Virus record (IMG/VR): IMGVR_UViG_3300037722_000252 | Coordinates: 1 to 58,942 of that record | Length of the DNA stretch: 58,942 nt | DNA from: a virus | Lineage: Duplodnaviria; Caudoviricetes | Strand: one strand, 5' to 3' | The notes under the pieces: model-generated | Told to the model about the DNA's origin: nothing | The model's database searches: none | What the model saw: the letters and a program-made list of their open reading frames with translations, nothing else | Program-made: the position numbers and the translations under genes | In this document: positions 9,211 to 18,911 of the stretch, piece by piece | How the letters are laid out: each line of letters opens with the position of its first letter | How positions within the stretch are numbered: position 1 is the stretch's first letter

Positions 9211-10205
9211 TAAAGCACGCCCTTCCTGCCCGGAAATACCAGCCCCTCGCCGCAGCGACACAGCGGCTCGAGCGGAGGGCCGAACGAGGGTCCGAGTGGC
9301 GTCTGGAACGCCCCACCGATCGGTACACCGTCCGGGTTCATGCCGGGTACGGCAGCGTGGGTGTCCCTCAAGCGATCGTCGGGCGTGACGATCCACATCC
9401 GCCGCGCGGTGGCAGGTAGGACGTTCTGCTGCTGGGCTTGGCGCCACTCTTCTCGGAGCCCGAAGTTGGAAGAGCGCAGCGTCTCGGTCCTGGCGATGTT
9501 GAGCGCGCGGCGGTTCGTCAGGCTCGCCGCGTACTTGGCCCGCATCTCGTCGACGAACGATTCGGTCACGGTGCCCGTGCGCAGTGCCTTACGGATCCGC
9601 GCCTTGTCGATCGCGGAGAGCCGGCGGCTGGACGTGAAGCGACCTTCCTTGAGCTCCCGGGCGAGGCTTGACGGGGCCGCAGCCCAGTTGGGGGGCAGGC
9701 CCACGACCTGGCGGATCGCGACCGCCTGTTGGCGAACCGTGAGCCCCTCGGCTGCCCCGATCGCGACCACGATGCGCACCGCCTCCCTCACGTCCTCCGT
9801 GATCGCCACAACCAGCGTCGAGGATTGCTGGCGCGCGTAGAGCACGACGTTGGGGTCGACGCGGTTGAACTGGACCGACACGCCGAGCGCGCCCGACAAC
9901 ACCTCGGCTCCCGCGATGCCCGTCGCCTTCGCCGTCTTCTCCAGAATCTCGGCGAGCGAGTCCGAGCCGAGGAAGATGGCGCCGAGCCGAGTCGGCCCGA
10001 TGGCGGACACCACCTGGTTCAGGTCGCCGGACGCAATCGCGCTTTCGAGCGCTGCGCCGTCTATCCCGGCCTGCAGGCGCGAGACCGCACGCAGGTAGGC
10101 CGCCGCGACCTCGGGGCCGAAGCGTCGGGAGATGCGACGCGCGATCCAGAAGAGGCGCGAACGGGGGCGGCCCGAGGTTGCGTTACGGACGGGGACGGCG
10201 ATCAT
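9210..10205 (-). CDS. Head morphogenesis protein (MuF/SPP1 gp7-like)
   Basis: RALNIARTET...W...DDRLRDTH...PPLEPLCRC. Confidence 0.88.
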   Translation of the reverse strand: MIAVPVRNATSGRPRSRLFWIARRISRRFGPEVAAAYLRAVSRLQAGIDGAALESAIASGDLNQVVSAIGPTRLGAIFLGSDSLAEILEKTAKATGIAGAEVLSGALGVSVQFNRVDPNVVLYARQQSSTLVVAITEDVREAVRIVVAIGAAEGLTVRQQAVAIRQVVGLPPNWAAAPSSLARELKEGRFTSSRRLSAIDKARIRKALRTGTVTESFVDEMRAKYAASLTNRRALNIARTETLRSSNFGLREEWRQAQQQNVLPATARRMWIVTPDDRLRDTHAAVPGMNPDGVPIGGAFQTPLGPSFGPPLEPLCRCGEGLVFPGRKGVL

Positions 10206-10540
10206 CGGCCGTACAGCAGACGCATCGCCCTGAGGGCAGACCGGCACCGCCACCGTACCCAGTGGTAGTGCACCCACCACCGCGCTCGCTCAATGCGCGA
10301 CCGCGTGATCGTCGCTTCTACGGTGCCATACCTCCGCGGAGCGTTGCAGCACGATTCTGGGTCATTGGGGTCAACGTGCTTCTCACCCGGATAGCCGCTG
10401 TGGCCATCGAGGCACCGGGTATCGACCCAACCCTCGGCCGTGTCGAAGCCGTAGACGGACTCCTGCTCGGCCCCGTCGAGGTAGACCACAATCCCACCAG
10501 TGCCGCCCGGAGGCGGGCCGTCGCCAACATCCCACCTCAT
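10202..10540 (-). CDS. Hypothetical protein
   Basis: ATGA-coupled on both sides. Confidence 0.5.
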   Translation of the reverse strand: MRWDVGDGPPPGGTGGIVVYLDGAEQESVYGFDTAEGWVDTRCLDGHSGYPGEKHVDPNDPESCCNAPRRYGTVEATITRSRIERARWWVHYHWVRWRCRSALRAMRLLYGR

Positions 10541-10743
10541 TCGCCCCTCCTGCACACCGGACAGAACGCGCCCTCGTCTTCCAGGTCGGCGTAGAGCGCA
10601 GCGAAGTTGGCCGCGTTGCGCGCCTCTTCCCGAGCCTCGTCCTCAACGACGCCCTCACGCAGCAGCGCCTCCTTGAGCAGCGTGTACGTTCTCGCCCACG
10701 CTGCGGCGTTCTTGCCGAGCGCGATGAGTTGGTCGGTGTTCAA
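10537..10743 (-). CDS. Hypothetical protein with C-terminal CPVC
   Basis: Coupled to the portal stop. Confidence 0.55.
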   Translation of the reverse strand: MNTDQLIALGKNAAAWARTYTLLKEALLREGVVEDEAREEARNAANFAALYADLEDEGAFCPVCRRGE

Positions 10744-12170
10744 TCGGCCTCCTCTTCGCCTTCCGGCTCGTCACCATCGTCCACTCCCGGCAGCGGCGGC
10801 GGCTCCAATCCCTCGAACGGGCTCGGCTCGCCTTCGGCGCGGGGCAGGAGCCAGACGTTGCGCTCTTCGTCGATCTCGACGAGCACCATTGGGTCGCCCA
10901 TGATACCGGCGAGTTCCTTGGCGGTGCGTGCTCGGTTCAAGTTCGCCTCGGAGATGTCCTTCTCGGGCTCGGAGAACAGCGGCGGCCACACGACATCGTA
11001 GTCGCCGGTCGTCGGGCGAGGCAGGACGCCGAACTCGATCTGGCGGTCGATGAACCTGCGGAGGATGACCGGCTCAGCGTGGGTGGTCTGTCGGTCGGCG
11101 ATCATGCCGAGAAACGTCTTCTGGTCCTCGGTCGAGCTTCGTTCGCCGGTCTCTGAGCCGAACAACAGGCGGAGCGGGATGCCCGAGCCGGCCGATATCA
11201 GCTTCATCGCGAGCAGCGCAGCACCCGTCGGGTCGGGTTCGGAGTCCCCGACCCGCGTCAACTCGCCGCCCTGGATGAAAAACGTCTTTCGGAGCTCGTG
11301 GTAGATCTCCTGCAGGTTCTCGTCGAGCGCTTCGAGCTGGGCTGGCGTCCACCTCACGTCCGGGTCGAGCTTGGCCTGCAGCACGCCTGCGACCCGCTGC
11401 CAGAACGCCTCACCGCTCGATGCCGATATCTTCTGCAGATCGACGAGCGGGTTGTAGATCCTGCGCAGTGCCGGCTTGCCGAACACCGGGTCGTCGAGCG
11501 GATCCTCGGCGACGTGGATCACCCGTGTCGCGTGCACCTGAGCGGTGCCGGTGCGCGACGTCGAGCGAAACGTCGGCACGTTGCCGGCCAGGTCGATCTT
11601 GTACGTCTCGGGCTGGCCGTAGCGTTCGCTCGCCGGGTCGGTCACCCATCGGTCGATCTGCGCCAGTCGCTCCGAGTACAGCGACACATAGAGCAGATCT
11701 TCGGGGTCCGACATCCGAAGCGGCGGCATCGGTAGCGCCCGGTCATCACCGCCCTGGTAGCCAAGCAGGATCAACGAGTACTGGCCGATGCGCGCGAGCT
11801 TGTCGGCGGCCTCGAACTTCTGCCAGATGCCGAGCCGCTTCGCCATCGTGGCCCACGCCTCGGTGAACTCGGTGCCGTCCTCTTTGTCGGGCTCCGAGAT
11901 CAGCGGCGGCTTGCGCCACGTCGTCTCGGCGATCATGTCGACGACCCTGCCAGCGACCGGGTCGCGCTCGTACATGCCCGCGTAGTTGTTCCAGCGGAGA
12001 TCCCTTGGGTAGCCGGCGACCCGGTAGATGTCCCGGTCCCCTCCGTACTGGAGCCCGTGCGTCTGTGCGAAGGCGAGCCGGTCGACGATCTCCGACAGCA
12101 ACGCGAGCTCGGGACGCACCGGACCCTGGACCGCGCCGCTCCCGTTACGGGCCAACACCTCTGTGCTCAT
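10740..12170 (-). CDS. Portal protein (DUF1073-type)
   Basis: VHATRVIH, GIPLRLLFGSETGERSSTED, 476 aa, synteny. Confidence 0.9.
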   Translation of the reverse strand: MSTEVLARNGSGAVQGPVRPELALLSEIVDRLAFAQTHGLQYGGDRDIYRVAGYPRDLRWNNYAGMYERDPVAGRVVDMIAETTWRKPPLISEPDKEDGTEFTEAWATMAKRLGIWQKFEAADKLARIGQYSLILLGYQGGDDRALPMPPLRMSDPEDLLYVSLYSERLAQIDRWVTDPASERYGQPETYKIDLAGNVPTFRSTSRTGTAQVHATRVIHVAEDPLDDPVFGKPALRRIYNPLVDLQKISASSGEAFWQRVAGVLQAKLDPDVRWTPAQLEALDENLQEIYHELRKTFFIQGGELTRVGDSEPDPTGAALLAMKLISAGSGIPLRLLFGSETGERSSTEDQKTFLGMIADRQTTHAEPVILRRFIDRQIEFGVLPRPTTGDYDVVWPPLFSEPEKDISEANLNRARTAKELAGIMGDPMVLVEIDEERNVWLLPRAEGEPSPFEGLEPPPLPGVDDGDEPEGEEEAD

Positions 12171-12817
12171 CGCTCACCTCGTATCCATTCGGGGGTCGGC
12201 CGGCCGAGCAGCTTTTCGGTGTTGCCCGACATCGACCGAACATAGTGCCCGAGCTGCATCCGGCCACGGTCCGAGCGCCAGCCTCGCATGTGCGACGCCG
12301 ACGATGCCCACGGCTTACCCTCGGTGTGGACCTCACTCTCCGCGAAATGCGGCTGGTTGCTCATCGGGATTCCGCAGAGCACGACCCTCGGCTCGGGTGT
12401 GTGCTGTTTCGTGACCACGACGCCCACCCATGCCCCGAGAAATCCCGACGAGCCGTTGTTGCCGGTCGTGTCTGCGTGGTGGTCGACCATGGACCGCTTG
12501 ATACCGTACGTCTGGTAGTCTCGCGCATGCCCACGCTCGGCTCTCTGGCGCTCCCAGCCCCATTTCTGCGGATGGTCGGGGTCGACGTGCAGCTTCGTTG
12601 GATGACGCGTGACCCAGCAATCCAGGTAGGGGACATGGACGCCGATGTCGTTGACCGCGACGACGAGGCCCGGCCAGGGACCGCCGAGCATCACCTCCAG
12701 CGCGCGCAGGTCGTCCCACACGCATCGTGCACCACCGAGCACGAGCGCCAACCCAGGGTCCGGGATCGGACGGTCGTCGCCGTAGAAGCACGGCCGTGCG
12801 CTCGTCGCGGTCGTCAC
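12167..12817 (-). CDS. Putative sugar transferase (Maf/sialyltransferase-like Rossmann fold)
   Basis: LVLGGA..VWDD, VAVND, GSSG, VVLCGIPM, VRSMSG. Confidence 0.5.
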   Translation of the reverse strand: MTTATSARPCFYGDDRPIPDPGLALVLGGARCVWDDLRALEVMLGGPWPGLVVAVNDIGVHVPYLDCWVTRHPTKLHVDPDHPQKWGWERQRAERGHARDYQTYGIKRSMVDHHADTTGNNGSSGFLGAWVGVVVTKQHTPEPRVVLCGIPMSNQPHFAESEVHTEGKPWASSASHMRGWRSDRGRMQLGHYVRSMSGNTEKLLGRPTPEWIRGER

Positions 12818-13995
12818 CCGAACGCCTCCAGAGCCTCGACGACGACGCCCATGTCATCAGCACCCAGTCCTTGGTGGCACCCGACGAGCAGCCCGCTTCG
12901 CATCACGTCGTCGGCCCACGGGAACCGCCCCGACCCAGCTTCCCGGAACGCCGGCTGACGCAGGACGTTGCCGGTCATGATCGGGCGCGTCTGGATGCCG
13001 CACGCTTCGAGGTGGACAGCGAGGCGCACCCGCTCCGAAGGCGCGTCCATCACCGAGCAGTTGACCCGCAGCGGGTAGGCGAGCCAGTTGGGCTCCGCCT
13101 CAGGATGCACGACCGGGCCTCTCAGCCAGTCCGTCGAGCGGACATAGGCGTCGAGACGGGCGACGTTGGCTCTTCGCTGGGCGAGAAAGCCGTCGAGCCG
13201 GTGGAGCTGCTCGAGCCCGAACGCGGCCTGCAGCTCGAGCGCCTGCAGATTGTAGCCGACTGCGAAAAAAATGAACTTCGCGTCGTAGGGCGTCTCGTCG
13301 AGCACCATCCGGTAGCGGCTCTCGACGGAAGCGTCGGCGTAACCTTCGAGCACCGAGGCTCGGCCCCAGTTCGCCAGCATCCGCGCTCGTCGGGCGTGTT
13401 CTTCGTCGCGGAAGCAGACCATGCCGCCACCGCCTGCGCATGTGATTACGTGGGTGGCATAAAAGCTCGTGGTGGAGACGTCGGAGTAAGCGCCACTTGG
13501 GAGGCCAGCGTAGCGCGCGCAGAGCGTGTCGCACGAATCCTCGACCACCACGAGACCGTGGCGGTCGGCGATCTCTCGGAGCGCTGGCATGTCGGGCACA
13601 TTGCCAAGGAGCAGCGGGACCATGATCGCGCGCGTCCGCTCGGTCACGGCCGCCTCGACAGCCCGGACGCTGGCCTGGTAGCTGTACGGCTCGACGTCGA
13701 CGAATACGGGGACCAAGCCGAGCTGCAGAATCGGTGCGACCGTGGTCGAGAACGTGAGCGCGGGCGTGATGACCTCAGAGCCGGCCGGTAGGTCGAGACT
13801 CGCGAGCGCGAGCAGGTTCGCGCTGGATCCGGAGTTCGTCATCACGGCGTGCGGCTTGTCGAAGAGCGCCGCGACCCGCACCTCGAACTCACTGACGAGC
13901 GGGCCCGCCCCGATCTGGCGCGGGTTTTCGAGCACGCGCACGACCGCCTCGATCTCCTCGCTACCGTAGGACGGCGAAGCGTAGGGCACGCTCAC
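12814..13995 (-). CDS. DegT/DnrJ-family PLP/PMP enzyme, NDP-4-keto-6-deoxyhexose 3-dehydratase-like (RfbH/ColD subfamily)
   Basis: NSGSSANLLA, EDSCDT, SFYATHVIT (His in place of the usual Lys), GYN. Confidence 0.85.
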   Translation of the reverse strand: MSVPYASPSYGSEEIEAVVRVLENPRQIGAGPLVSEFEVRVAALFDKPHAVMTNSGSSANLLALASLDLPAGSEVITPALTFSTTVAPILQLGLVPVFVDVEPYSYQASVRAVEAAVTERTRAIMVPLLLGNVPDMPALREIADRHGLVVVEDSCDTLCARYAGLPSGAYSDVSTTSFYATHVITCAGGGGMVCFRDEEHARRARMLANWGRASVLEGYADASVESRYRMVLDETPYDAKFIFFAVGYNLQALELQAAFGLEQLHRLDGFLAQRRANVARLDAYVRSTDWLRGPVVHPEAEPNWLAYPLRVNCSVMDAPSERVRLAVHLEACGIQTRPIMTGNVLRQPAFREAGSGRFPWADDVMRSGLLVGCHQGLGADDMGVVVEALEAFG

Positions 13996-14573
13996 AGCCG
14001 GAACCGCTCCTCGGCGAGCGCTCGGTTGTGGGTAGCGTCCTCACGGGAGTAGTAGAACGCCCCGTCGTCCCACGCGTAGCGGAAGCCGTCGGTCAGCCAA
14101 CCGGCGAGTGGAGTCGAGCGGAACACTACGGGAATCGTGCCGACCAACAGGCAGTCGATGAAGCGGTACGTCCACAGATGCTCCCACGGGCCCGGCCAGT
14201 CGGTGTGATGCGGACAGAGGCCGAACTCGGCTCTGGCCAGCGTCTCGTAGTAGGGCGGGTCCCAGCCGTTCTTAGCCTCGGTCCTGCCGCGCTCGCTACC
14301 CTCCACGAGAGCACCTGGATAGTGACGGAACGGCTCGAGCAGTTGCCTTCGGCCTCGGTCTATCCGGCCGAGAAAAAGCAGGCTGTACGTCTTCGGCGCA
14401 GCGAGCAGAGCAACGGACTTGGTGAAGAACGAGTCCGGGTAGATGAGCCCGACCGGCTTCCCGTCGAGTACAGACTGGCCCCGCCAGTGGTCGGCCTTCG
14501 TGCACCGGATCTCGCCGTCCTTGTCCCGCTCGGCAAGCGCGAGCTGGAGCAATGCCACTTGGCGGTAGGTCAT
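13992..14573 (-). CDS. Exostosin(GT47)-like glycosyltransferase domain protein
   Basis: YYETLARAEFGLCP...YRFIDCLLVGTIPVV. Confidence 0.65.
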   Translation of the reverse strand: MTYRQVALLQLALAERDKDGEIRCTKADHWRGQSVLDGKPVGLIYPDSFFTKSVALLAAPKTYSLLFLGRIDRGRRQLLEPFRHYPGALVEGSERGRTEAKNGWDPPYYETLARAEFGLCPHHTDWPGPWEHLWTYRFIDCLLVGTIPVVFRSTPLAGWLTDGFRYAWDDGAFYYSREDATHNRALAEERFRL

Positions 14574-15130
14574 GCGCTCTGCCTGCGAAACGCCCGCTTG
14601 GCTTCTGAGCGTGACGAGCGGTGCACGACCACTGGGTCCGGAACGCTCGACCAGCGCGCGAAGCACATGTACTGCGGCGTGAGCGCACGGACCGACCCGC
14701 GCCACTTACCAGACCGCCATGCACGATCGAGCGCAGCCTCGTCCGATGTCTCGGAATCGAGCGCTTGGATCCACATGCGCAGCAACTCAACCGCTGCGTC
14801 GGTCGGCTCGAAGTAGAGCGTCCCGACGTGCCATACCCGGTCCCGACTCGGTGGCATCCTCACCGCCCGGAAGTCGACGCCTTTGGCGATAGCAGGAAGG
14901 CGGACGACGGAGCCGTCCACGTCGACCCATAGCAGCGGCCGACGCAGAGCCTCCAGCGTCCCAAGGATGTGCACCGGCTTCTGCCGACAGTTGGCGAGGT
15001 AGCCGCCCGCGTCCGCTCGCTCGACGATGTGGTGGTCGAGGCCGAGCGCGTCGCATTCGGAGCGCAGCCGCTCGGCATGCACAGGATACTCCCACGTCGG
15101 CGTGTAGAAGCTGGTGACCGCGAGGCTCAC
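14570..15130 (-). CDS. GT-A fold nucleotide-sugar transferase
   Basis: SFYT, KPVHI, LLWVDVD (DxD), SDEAAL. Confidence 0.7.
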   Translation of the reverse strand: MSLAVTSFYTPTWEYPVHAERLRSECDALGLDHHIVERADAGGYLANCRQKPVHILGTLEALRRPLLWVDVDGSVVRLPAIAKGVDFRAVRMPPSRDRVWHVGTLYFEPTDAAVELLRMWIQALDSETSDEAALDRAWRSGKWRGSVRALTPQYMCFARWSSVPDPVVVHRSSRSEAKRAFRRQSA

Positions 15131-15840
15131 AGCGAGCGCCCGGCTTCGAGCAGGGCCGTCACGTCGATGGAGCCAGGTAGCATTGGCTCGGCCGATGCGA
15201 GGCCCGGATACGGCACAGCCGTCCAGCCCACCGAAGCCGCGTAGTCGTGGAACTTCGTGTCGTCGCCACTGAGCTTGTCCGACCAGCGCACCCAAGCCGC
15301 GGGTATCCTGTAGGCGTGCGCGACGATGACGCCGTGCAAGGACGACGAGACGATGGCCCGGCACTGGCGGATCTCGCGGACAACGTCGAGCGGGTTGGCC
15401 CGGAGCACGTCAATTCGGCGCTCACCGGGATGCAGCTTTCGGACGATTTCGCGGTCGACGTAGTGCGGCACGAGGCCGAGGTCGTGGATCTTGGGCACGG
15501 CTCCGTTGACGAGCTCGGGCAGGAGCAGCGCGGGGTCGCCGTAAACGCCAGGATCCGTGCCCCCAGCTTCCGTGACCACCCGCCCCGTCAGCGGCCCGCG
15601 GACAGCGAGGTAGCGGGCCCTCCGGTCCGGTCGGTCCGTCGCCCACATCGCGCCCGAGCCCCATACCGTCTGCCCGGCCCGAGCGAAGCGGATGATCGAG
15701 CCGGTCGCGAGCAGATCAGCCGAGCCCTGATCTACCCAGCGCGCACGATGTCCGAGCCGATCGAGGATGGCCGGCGTCAGTACGTCGCCGAGATTGCCCG
15801 GCCTCGGACTGCGCGGCCACCACACGCGGAGGTCAGACAC
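15127..15840 (-). CDS. Polysaccharide pyruvyl transferase (ExoV-like)
   Basis: GNLGD, GSII, VWGSG, AVRGPLT, GDPALL, VPHY, SSSLHG, KFHDY. Confidence 0.9.
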   Translation of the reverse strand: MSDLRVWWPRSPRPGNLGDVLTPAILDRLGHRARWVDQGSADLLATGSIIRFARAGQTVWGSGAMWATDRPDRRARYLAVRGPLTGRVVTEAGGTDPGVYGDPALLLPELVNGAVPKIHDLGLVPHYVDREIVRKLHPGERRIDVLRANPLDVVREIRQCRAIVSSSLHGVIVAHAYRIPAAWVRWSDKLSGDDTKFHDYAASVGWTAVPYPGLASAEPMLPGSIDVTALLEAGRSL

Positions 15841-16486
15841 CGACGGCCTCGCCAGCGTATTCGGTCCAGAGCCGGTGCGCCCATCCGGCCTCCCGGCTTG
15901 AGAAGCGCGGCCGACCATGTCCGGAAACAAGCCGCACATCACCCCCCGGCGGAGCCTTCCGGCAGTGCTTCTTGAAGCTGACGATCTTGCCCGGGAACAT
16001 GTCCTGTAGCCGGTCGGGCCTGGTGTGCGCGTGCAGCCACTCGCCGTCGCCGCGGTAGCGGCGCATGTACTCGTCCGGGGCCGCCGAAAACGTCCGCCAG
16101 ACACACTCGGTCTCCGGTCCAGGACGTAGTAGCATGACCCCGGATTGAGCCCGGCCCGACAGGTTGAAGTCGTTCAGCATCGCGAGCGGGCCGGGGTACT
16201 CGAAGAACGGGGCGAGGTCGCCGACGACGAGCGTGTCGAGGTCGAGCAGGAGCACAGGGCCGAGTTGCAGCACGTCGGGCCGAAACATCTCGAGCTTGCT
16301 CCACCATCCTCGCCAGTCGTGTACGAGCGCGATCTTCTGGTGCGGGTTCGGGAGCGTCCAGCCGGCCACGTCCGTCAGGCACACGAACCGCATGCCAGGG
16401 CTCCAGCGCTCGACGCCCTCAGCCAACGCGTGCACCCACCGGGCGCTGTACTCGCCGCCGGAGCGGAGCACGCACGCGACGGTCAT
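15833..16486 (-). CDS. GT-A glycosyltransferase (GT8-like)
   Basis: VLRSGGEY, FVCLTD, WWSKLEMF, LDLD, HGRPR. Confidence 0.8.
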   Translation of the reverse strand: MTVACVLRSGGEYSARWVHALAEGVERWSPGMRFVCLTDVAGWTLPNPHQKIALVHDWRGWWSKLEMFRPDVLQLGPVLLLDLDTLVVGDLAPFFEYPGPLAMLNDFNLSGRAQSGVMLLRPGPETECVWRTFSAAPDEYMRRYRGDGEWLHAHTRPDRLQDMFPGKIVSFKKHCRKAPPGGDVRLVSGHGRPRFSSREAGWAHRLWTEYAGEAVGV

Positions 16487-16701
16487 GACAGCGACGTCCG
16501 ATCGTCGATGGTGTCCGGCTCATGCTCTCCGCACCAACTCGACGATCCGACATCGGGCCATACACCGCCCGGGCCGTGCCTCACGACCGGCGCGCGTCGT
16601 CGGCACCACCCCAGCACCCGATCTTCGCGGGCGTCACTACTAGGCAATTCATCGCCGAGTGGCTGAAAGAACTTGCACGTTCGGCACGTGGGCACGCTCA
16701 T
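16483..16701 (-). CDS. Small 4-Cys metal-binding protein
   Basis: CRTC...WCRR...WCGEH. Confidence 0.6.
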   Translation of the reverse strand: MSVPTCRTCKFFQPLGDELPSSDAREDRVLGWCRRRAPVVRHGPGGVWPDVGSSSWCGEHEPDTIDDRTSLS

Positions 16702-18035
16702 TTCCGCCCCAGCGGCTTCGACACCGCGCCCGTGTACTGGTCCGAATCGCTCTTGTGCCCACCACCGATTCCGCCTGGCGCCACGATGCGGCGCGTCACA
16801 CCGAGCGGCCTTGACACGGCACCCTCCGGCCGGCTGTCTGCTTCGATCATCGGCGCGTGTGCGTACCGGATCGAGTCCCACCAGTGGTTGTGCTTGTCTT
16901 CGAGCTTCGGCAGCGGGTCGCCCGTGAGCCGGTCGGTCTTGTAGCTCCAGAGCCGCGCTTCCTCGATCGTTCTCGGACAGCGCACGTGAATCACGATCCT
17001 GTCGAAGCTCCGCAGGTAGCGGACGCCGTCCTCGACCGAGCCGCTCCACTTCGGCGCTGCGATGATCTTGAGGCCGCGCTTCGCTACGTGGTCGATCGTG
17101 CCTGGCTCGGCGGCATCGGCGCGGATCGTATGCTTGGCCGCGCCAGGTACCGAGCGGATCACGCCGTCAATCTCGTCGTAGCTGATGCCGATCCCGCCCG
17201 CTTCGTAGTCGATGAACAGACAGCGGTCGCCGTGCTTGCACGCCCCAATCCACGATCTGCTGACCGCGAACGGGTCCTGGCTGAACCCCCAGTCCGCTCC
17301 GTAGTACGGCCCGTCCCATTGCGGGTCCGGCTCAAACTCGTCGACCACCCACTTGCCGCTGAGCACTTGGGCGTCAGATCGAGTGTTGTACTCACCGAGC
17401 CAGATGTGCGCGTAGCGCTCCGGATCCACGCGCTGCATGCGCTCGGCTTCCGTGAGCATCACGTCCGGGCAGAACGGATTGTCGAGGTAGGTTGAGTGCA
17501 CCCGGAGCGAGCCCTCGGGTTGCTCGGCGAAGAACGCGTCGACCGGATCCTCGGGCTGGTCCGGATTCCAACTGAACCAGACCTCGGAGCCCGGCGCTCG
17601 GATCGTCGGCAGCAGCAGGTCGAGCGAACGCTGGCTGATCGACTGCGCTTCCTCAACCCACGCTCGACCGAAGCCCTCCAACGACTTGAGGCTGTCGGCT
17701 GTATGGTCCTGCATGCCCTCGAAGATCATCACGCCGGTACCACCTCGACGTCGGATCTCGGCGTTGAGGATCTCGAAGTGGTCCTCGTGGCCGGGCACCA
17801 TGCCGCGGATCTTGGACTCAACCAAGCTCTTGGCGCTGAACTTGAGCGAGCGCTGGACCTCACGGATACAAACGAAGCGGAGGTCGGGGTCGCACAGCAT
17901 CTCCTCGACAGCGAGCTCCGCGAAGAAATGGCTCTTGCCTGACGACCGCCCACCGCTTCCGCCTTTGTAGCGCGCCGGCTCGAGCAACGGCAGCGCCCAC
18001 TCCGCCGTGGGGATGTCAAGCGCGACCGTCGCCAT
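16698..18035 (-). CDS. terL: Terminase large subunit (PBSX family)
   Basis: Walker A GGRSSGKS, Walker B WVEEA, nuclease DWGF and NHWWDSIRY. Confidence 0.96.
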   Translation of the reverse strand: MATVALDIPTAEWALPLLEPARYKGGSGGRSSGKSHFFAELAVEEMLCDPDLRFVCIREVQRSLKFSAKSLVESKIRGMVPGHEDHFEILNAEIRRRGGTGVMIFEGMQDHTADSLKSLEGFGRAWVEEAQSISQRSLDLLLPTIRAPGSEVWFSWNPDQPEDPVDAFFAEQPEGSLRVHSTYLDNPFCPDVMLTEAERMQRVDPERYAHIWLGEYNTRSDAQVLSGKWVVDEFEPDPQWDGPYYGADWGFSQDPFAVSRSWIGACKHGDRCLFIDYEAGGIGISYDEIDGVIRSVPGAAKHTIRADAAEPGTIDHVAKRGLKIIAAPKWSGSVEDGVRYLRSFDRIVIHVRCPRTIEEARLWSYKTDRLTGDPLPKLEDKHNHWWDSIRYAHAPMIEADSRPEGAVSRPLGVTRRIVAPGGIGGGHKSDSDQYTGAVSKPLGRK

Positions 18036-18510
18036 TCGCACCGTTGGCGTGGGCGGCTACTCGATTCTTGCCCGCTGGCACCACTTGGCGCTTGACGGTC
18101 ACTTCCATCGGCCCGCCGTCCTTGCCGGTGTGCTCATGCAGGTGGCGATTGCTCCAACGTCCGCGCTGGCGGTTGTTGAGCCAGTAGATCGCTGCTGGGG
18201 TGTCGGGCGGGTAGTGCTTCAGCGTCTCGACCCGAATCGGGCGGCCCTCGTACTGGAAGATCTTCTCCTCGGGGTGCGTGTAGCCGGTCGCGCGCTGGTA
18301 GAGCCGCTCGGCGACGTTCGCGTCGGCATCGTCCTTGCCCCTTTTTCTGGCCTCCAAAAACTCGGGGTGCCGCTCGCTCCAAGTGTGCACAGTCTGGACG
18401 CTCACGCCGAAGAAATCGGCGAGGTCTTCGTCGGTCGCGCCGAGGAGACAGAGCTTGTAGCACTGCTCCGCGTGCTCATTGCGATACTTGGTCGGGCGAC
18501 CGCCTGGCAT
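18016..18510 (-). CDS. terS: Terminase small subunit
   Basis: GRPTKY, GATDEDLADFFGV, PPDTPAAIYWLNNR. Confidence 0.9.
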   Translation of the reverse strand: MPGGRPTKYRNEHAEQCYKLCLLGATDEDLADFFGVSVQTVHTWSERHPEFLEARKRGKDDADANVAERLYQRATGYTHPEEKIFQYEGRPIRVETLKHYPPDTPAAIYWLNNRQRGRWSNRHLHEHTGKDGGPMEVTVKRQVVPAGKNRVAAHANGANGDGRA

Positions 18511-18687
18511 CTACGCGACCTCCCCGCCGGCCTTCCACTCGTCACCCTCTACGGGCGGGCGCTCTCTGAGCAGGCGGACCATCTCCTCACGCATCTCCGG
18601 TCCCGCGATCCGCCACTTGATCGCTTCCCACAGCGTCACAGCGAACGAGATTCGAACCGTGACGGTCGCGGTGTTGGGGCTGGCCAT
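18511..18687 (-). CDS. Hypothetical protein (58 aa)
   Basis: MASPNTATVTVRISF...; below the ORF track cutoff; fills the gap before terS. Confidence 0.55.
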   Translation of the reverse strand: MASPNTATVTVRISFAVTLWEAIKWRIAGPEMREEMVRLLRERPPVEGDEWKAGGEVA

Positions 18688-18690
18688 CGG

Positions 18691-18867
18691 CTACGCCACC
18701 TCCCTCGGCACGTAGACCGTCAGCCTCTTGCAGCGGTCACACCACGCGCCGTGTTCTCCAGGCTGGAGCTCGGCGTACGAGAAGCGGGTGCGCTCGTTCA
18801 CGTCCACTTCAGCGGCGACTCCACCGATGGGCCATCCGCAGTCTGCGCATTTGATCGGGTTCGCCAT
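18691..18867 (-). CDS. Com-like zinc-ribbon protein
   Basis: IKCADCG...WCDRCKRLT; first gene of the late operon. Confidence 0.6.
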   Translation of the reverse strand: MANPIKCADCGWPIGGVAAEVDVNERTRFSYAELQPGEHGAWCDRCKRLTVYVPREVA

Positions 18868-18874
18868 TGAAGTC

Positions 18875-18911
18875 AAAAAGCCCCGCGCCGGGTTCGATTC
18901 CCGGCGGGGGC
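18875..18911 (-). terminator. Terminator-like hairpin in the late leader
   Basis: GCCCCCGCCGGG-AATCGAA-CCCGGCGCGGGGC followed by TTTTT. Confidence 0.7.

Noticed and set aside
10740-12170. Anti-CBASS Acb1 label sometimes attached to DUF1073 proteins
   Set aside because: Size, motifs and synteny indicate a portal; no paired HxT phosphoesterase motifs seen
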